Assembly: GCF_009914755.1 (NCBI RefSeq)
Contig: NC_060925.1
Source of the DNA: the human T2T-CHM13v2.0 reference genome, Homo sapiens
Strand: one strand, 5' to 3'
DNA length: 64,000 nucleotides
Below the pieces are notes generated by a model. The model had not been told where the DNA came from, searched no databases, and saw nothing but the letters and a program-made list of their open reading frames with translations. Shown here piece after piece: positions 58,490 through 64,000 of this stretch. The number at the start of each line of letters is the position of its first letter. Within the stretch, counting starts at the first letter, position 1. The position numbers were made by a program, and so were the translations under genes.

Positions 58490-58751
58490 TGAGATTTATG
58501 ATGCGGGAGGAGGGGAGGGCTGCCCTGGAAAGCCAGAAGACCATCAATTCACACCTGGATTTCCAGCTTTCCCTTCCTCGTCGTCTCCTCTCAAAACACT
58601 TGTGCGCGCTCTCTGGTGTCAAGGGCTGAGGGCATCAGGACACCCATTCCTGCCCAGGCCTCACCCCCCCTCGCCAGGCTAGCCCCTTCCGAGACACAGG
58701 GCTGAGAGCAAGGCCAAGGCCTCGGGTTTCGACCAGATGGCGGCTTCCTAC

Positions 58752-59605
58752 CTTACTCCTGAAGAGGGGCTTGGCTCCAGGCCCACAGTACTCGTTGTAG
58801 ATGAGCTTGAAGAGGAAGAGGTGGAAGAGGGTGATTAGGGAGGCCACGCTGAACCAGAAGAGGAAGGGCAGCCCGGGGTCCTGCTGGGCCATGTGCTCAT
58901 CATGGGCCAGGATGGCCTTGAGGTGCAGCGTGTGCCGCAGGTCCTGCAGGTGTGTGAGGTCGGTGGAGATGTAGAGCAGTGGCGTGATGGGCTGTGTCAC
59001 CATGACCGAGAAGGTGTGGCCCGTGGGCGCCGAGGTCAGCTCCACTGGCTCGTCCAGGCAGCCTGCCTTGCAGGCATAGATCTTGACAGGCTGGCCACGG
59101 GACTCCACGGACACGTGTAGGTAGGGCTTGCCCTCGGCATCCGCCAGCACGGCCAGGTTGATATGGTCGTTCTTGTAGCGGATGCCATGCAATGCATAGC
59201 TGTTGTGCAGCACGTCGGGGTCGGCCTGGAACTGGAGGTGGTTCTCTGTGAACTGCAGCCCCCCAAAGCTGAGCACCATCCCCTGCAGGATGCCTGGGGC
59301 ACCCACCTTCACCAGCCCCTTGCAGCCACGCTTCTGGAGGGTCAGCCTCCACAGGTCAGAGAGCTGCAGGATCTGCTGGACGGAGGACAGCCGCCCCGGC
59401 CACAGGTTCTCGGCGTGCATGGTGGCGTGCCCGCTGAAGCAGTGATCTTCATAGTTGAGCGTCGACTCCATCTGGTCTCGCTCCCTGTGGCTCAGGGAGG
59501 GGCTGAGCAGTGGGGCTGGCGAGCAGGAGAGCATGTAATAGAGCGTCAGGTTCACGGTGAGGCCAGACGGCGTGTGGGTGTCAGTGATCTTCTTCATTTC
59601 CACTC
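58752..59605 (-). CDS. KIAA2013: KIAA2013 coding exon 2
   Basis: Acceptor TTGCAG|GA at 59605 is phase-compatible with exon 1 (G+GA=Gly, ...SPGVEMKKITD...); encodes C-terminal TM segment LPFLFWFSVASLITLFHLFLFKLIY; donor AAG|GTAGGA after 58752. 1033+854 nt = 629 codons. Confidence 0.95.
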
Positions 59606-61321
59606 CTGCAACACCATGAAAGCGGCATGTTAAGGGGGAAGGACAGCTGGGAGGCAGAGCATACGAAATAAAGACCAAGGGCAGCAGAAGAGTGAGGTGT
59701 TGTGCCTTAATGATAAAGACAGTGGTGCCCATCTCCCTAAAGTATAGAAGAAAGTCAGCCTGTCTTGTTTACACGACCAACTTGAGCCTGTGGGCCTGAA
59801 ATCTAGAATCCTGTTAAAAAGCAGCGGGGCCTGGTGCCAGAGCCCAGAGGAACACAGACTTAGCCAGGACTTGGCACCAACCCTATGGTCAGACATCCTG
59901 CGCCAGATCAGTCACCAGTGCTGAGGCCAGTCTCAGGCCACTTCTCCTCTCTGTCCTTTCTCTCTCCAGTCTTGTAGCTTTATGTATGTATGTATTTATT
60001 TGTTTATTGAGACAGAGTCTCACTGTGTTGCCCAGGCTTGAGTGCAGTGGAACGATCTCAGGTTACTACAGCCTCCGCCTCCCGGGTTCAAGTGATTCTC
60101 CCGTCTCAGCCTTTGAGTAGCTGGGACTACAGGTGCAGGCCACCACCCATGCCTAAAACAGCCCTGGCAGAAGCATTCAATAGACACTTGCTGAATAAAC
60201 ACGTGCTGGGCCCCTTTGCTACTGATGGATTCAACAGCCCTAAGATTTAAAAACATACACACACACAACTTTGTTTCTGTGAAGATGACCATCCTCTCGC
60301 CGGGCGCGGTGGCTCACGCCTGTAATCCCAGCACTTTGGGAGGCCAAGGTGGACGGATCATGAGGTCAGGTTAAGTTTTGTATTTTTAGTAGAGACAAGG
60401 TTTCGCCACGTTGGCCAGGTTGGCTTGAACTCCTGACCTCAGGTGATCCACCTGCCTCAGCCTCCCAAAGTGCTGGGATTACAGGCGTGAGCCACCGCGC
60501 CCAGCCAGCACATTCTAGCCTAAAAAGATGCCTTATTTTAATTTTAATTTTCACTTTTCTAATGTCTGTCTTCCTCCCAACCAGAATTTAAGCAAGCACC
60601 ATGAGAACAGGAACTCTGGTTCCCATCTGCACCCCCCCATGCATAGAACAGCCCTGGCAGAAGCATTCAATAGATACTTGCTGAATGAACTCAACTCTCT
60701 GAGCAACCAAACACAAAGGTTCAGACAATTGGAACCCTGGAAACCAAAACCCCTCTCTCATCCAGAACAGGATTTTCTTTTCTTTAACAGTCAACGAGAG
60801 GAGAGTTTTCATCGGGCGGGAGCATCTCAACCTGCTAAAAGGGATTCTCCAACCTCCCTGTGAACCAGTTGCAGCCACAACTGCCAGGACGCACCTCAGC
60901 CTAGCAGGGGTTATGTCAAGAAGCCCACGTCTGTCACCAGGCCGACTGCGGTGCTGAGCAAAGAATCAGGGGATCCACCTGCTGGTTTCACCTCTGCAAA
61001 CTGACTCTAAAACACTTCACTCTGCTCACATCAGGCCCCATCTACCAAAACAAGTAACAGAAAGAATTGACCTTTACACTCAATTGTCCACTACAGTCTC
61101 ATAAAAACCTTCTGAGGTAGGCGTTATTGTTATTAAATACAGGCCCAGAGAGATTAGGCGACGAATCCAAAGGTCGCACAGACACTAAGCAGTTGAGCAG
61201 ATTCAACCACTGGTGAAACGCCAAGCCCAAGTTTCAACCACCCCACCATCACCTTCAGTGTCACCTCTGCAGACTTGGGAGGGACATATCTAGGGTGGAC
61301 CAAGCGCTGGCCAGGACTCAC

Positions 61322-62354
61322 CTGGGCTGAAGAGCTGAGCCCAGAGGAGCTGGTGGTCTTGAAGCAGCTCCGCCGCTGGCATGTCCAAGAGCTCCAGCAT
61401 TTCCTTCCGTGCCAAGTCCTGCAGCGCCTTGAGCTCCTTGGCTGCTTTGCTTTTGAGCACCTGGGGGTTAATGGGGCCAGAGACGTGCACCACCCACAGC
61501 ACCGTCTCATCCAGCTGCGTCTTGGGAGCCACTTGGAGGCGGTTCACCAGCTTCTTGGCGGCCACCACCACCAGGTGCACCAACCCAGTGGGCGTAGGCG
61601 GGGACCGGCCTGAGTAGAGGAGGAACTGATGGTCTCCGACCTTCTCCAGGGTACTGGTGAAGGCCTTGGGGGCTGGGCCGGCAGTGGGCCCCACAGTCTG
61701 CAGCGCGGCCACGCGCTCCGTGGGGTTGTTGAGCTGGATGCGCTGCAGGTAGACGTGGGGTCGGCCCCTGTGCGCCAGAAAGTCCTCTTGCAGCAGCACG
61801 CAGTCGCGGCCGGACCCCGCGGCAAGGCCAGAGACGGAGGCGGGCCCGGGGCCGGCGGCCACGGGGCCAGGACCTGGGGACCCCAGCTGCAGGCAACGCA
61901 CGCGGCGCAGAAGCCCCTCCCGCAGCAGCAGCACCGCCTCTCCAGCTTCAGCCAGCGCGCTCAGCGGGCGCAGCTGCACGAAGGGCACAAAGTCCGGCGC
62001 CACGGCGGGCTCCCGCTCCCCGGGAGTCACCCACAGCCGATTGGCAGCCACGTCCAGGGCCAGGAAGCCGTTGGCCACCAGGGCCGGCACTCCAGGACCC
62101 AGCGGTACCACCTCACCGCGCTCCCGCAGGCCGCGCCAGGCGCGGGTGGCCGCCTCCAGGCAGGCAGACGGCTCGGCGGCGCCCGGCTCACCGCGGGACC
62201 AGGGCAGCAGGTGCAGGCCGCCCGCCGCCCGCCGCGCGCCGGACCCCCCAAACCACAGAAGCAGCAGCAGGAGGCCAAGCAGGCAGAGGAGGCGGCGGGC
62301 CCAGCTGCTCGACAGCAGTCCCGGCAGCCCCTTGAGCCGCTGCTGCAGCCACAT
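61322..62354 (-). CDS. KIAA2013: KIAA2013 coding exon 1 (codons 1-344 plus 1 nt)
   Basis: ATG at 62354 starts MWLQQRLKGLPGLLSSSWARRLLCLLGLLLLLLWF (hydrophobic N-terminal segment); open frame to donor CAG|GTGAGT after 61322; lies in a CpG island. Confidence 0.95.
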
Positions 62355-62720
62355 CGGGCCGCCAGGCGCGGGCAAGGGTGCGAGGGCGGCCGCCGGGCCC
62401 GCCGCCCAGCCCACCGGCCCGGCCGCCCGCGCCTCACTGCCCGGCCCGGACCGCGGCGCCCACCCCGGCCCCCGCCGCAACCGCCGCAGCAGCCGCCACC
62501 CCTGCTTCCTCCTTCTTCTCGGTGGCCTCCAGCCGTCAAACGACGCCGGCGGTCAAGCGTCGCCGTGTCTTTTACGACAGATGGAAAACGGGAGGGCGGA
62601 GGGAGGAGAGAGAGGCAGGCCGGAGAGAAGGGGGCGGAGCCACGGCGAGGGCGGGACAAAAGCTGCCGGGGGCGGGACCACTCGTTCCCAGGCCGGAAGA
62701 GTGAAGTCCAGTGGAGTTAA
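61640..62720. promoter_or_regulatory. CpG island / KIAA2013 promoter and exon 1
   Basis: Very high GC and CpG density; several GGGCGG boxes at about 62630-62680; ETS-type CCGGAAG near 62693. Confidence 0.9.
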
Positions 62721-62900
62721 GTGCAGGGGTCTGGGGAGGACTGGAAGCATCCAATTCACTCGTGAAAAAAACATCGAGCCAGCCAAACCGAACACGTGTT
62801 GGGCCCCTTTGCTACTGATGGATTCAACAGCCCCAAAATTTAAAAACATACACACACACACACACAACAACTTTGTTTCTGTAAAAATGACCATCCTCTC

Positions 62901-63989
<1,089 letters not shown>

Positions 63990-64000
63990 CTAGACTTCCC

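Overview
Human, Alu-dense genomic DNA that I recognise from gene content as 1p36.22, the interval between NPPB and PLOD1 (both outside the window; placement is from memory). It contains the complete 3-exon KIAA2013 gene on the minus strand (634 aa, CpG-island promoter) and a 5'-truncated processed pseudogene of SBF1/MTMR5 with poly(A) and a target-site duplication (TSD). It also holds a convergent pair of U5 snRNA units (RNU5E-1 and an inverted variant that keeps DSE, PSE and 3' box), two ERVK solo LTRs with perfect 6-bp TSDs, MaLR/ERV/DNA-transposon relics, a strong CTCF motif and an orphan CpG island. Top observations: (1) KIAA2013 carries a collinear set of GH65/PGGHG-like motifs but lacks most of the catalytic barrel, suggesting a membrane-anchored pseudo-glycosidase; (2) the second U5 copy looks like a complete transcription unit with an altered +1 base and Sm site; (3) a two-template insertion splits an Alu in KIAA2013 intron 1; (4) an Alu-anchored ~520-bp local duplication. 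Most ORFs in the supplied track are Alu, microsatellite or GC-rich artefacts. Repeat family names are by eye and need RepeatMasker confirmation.
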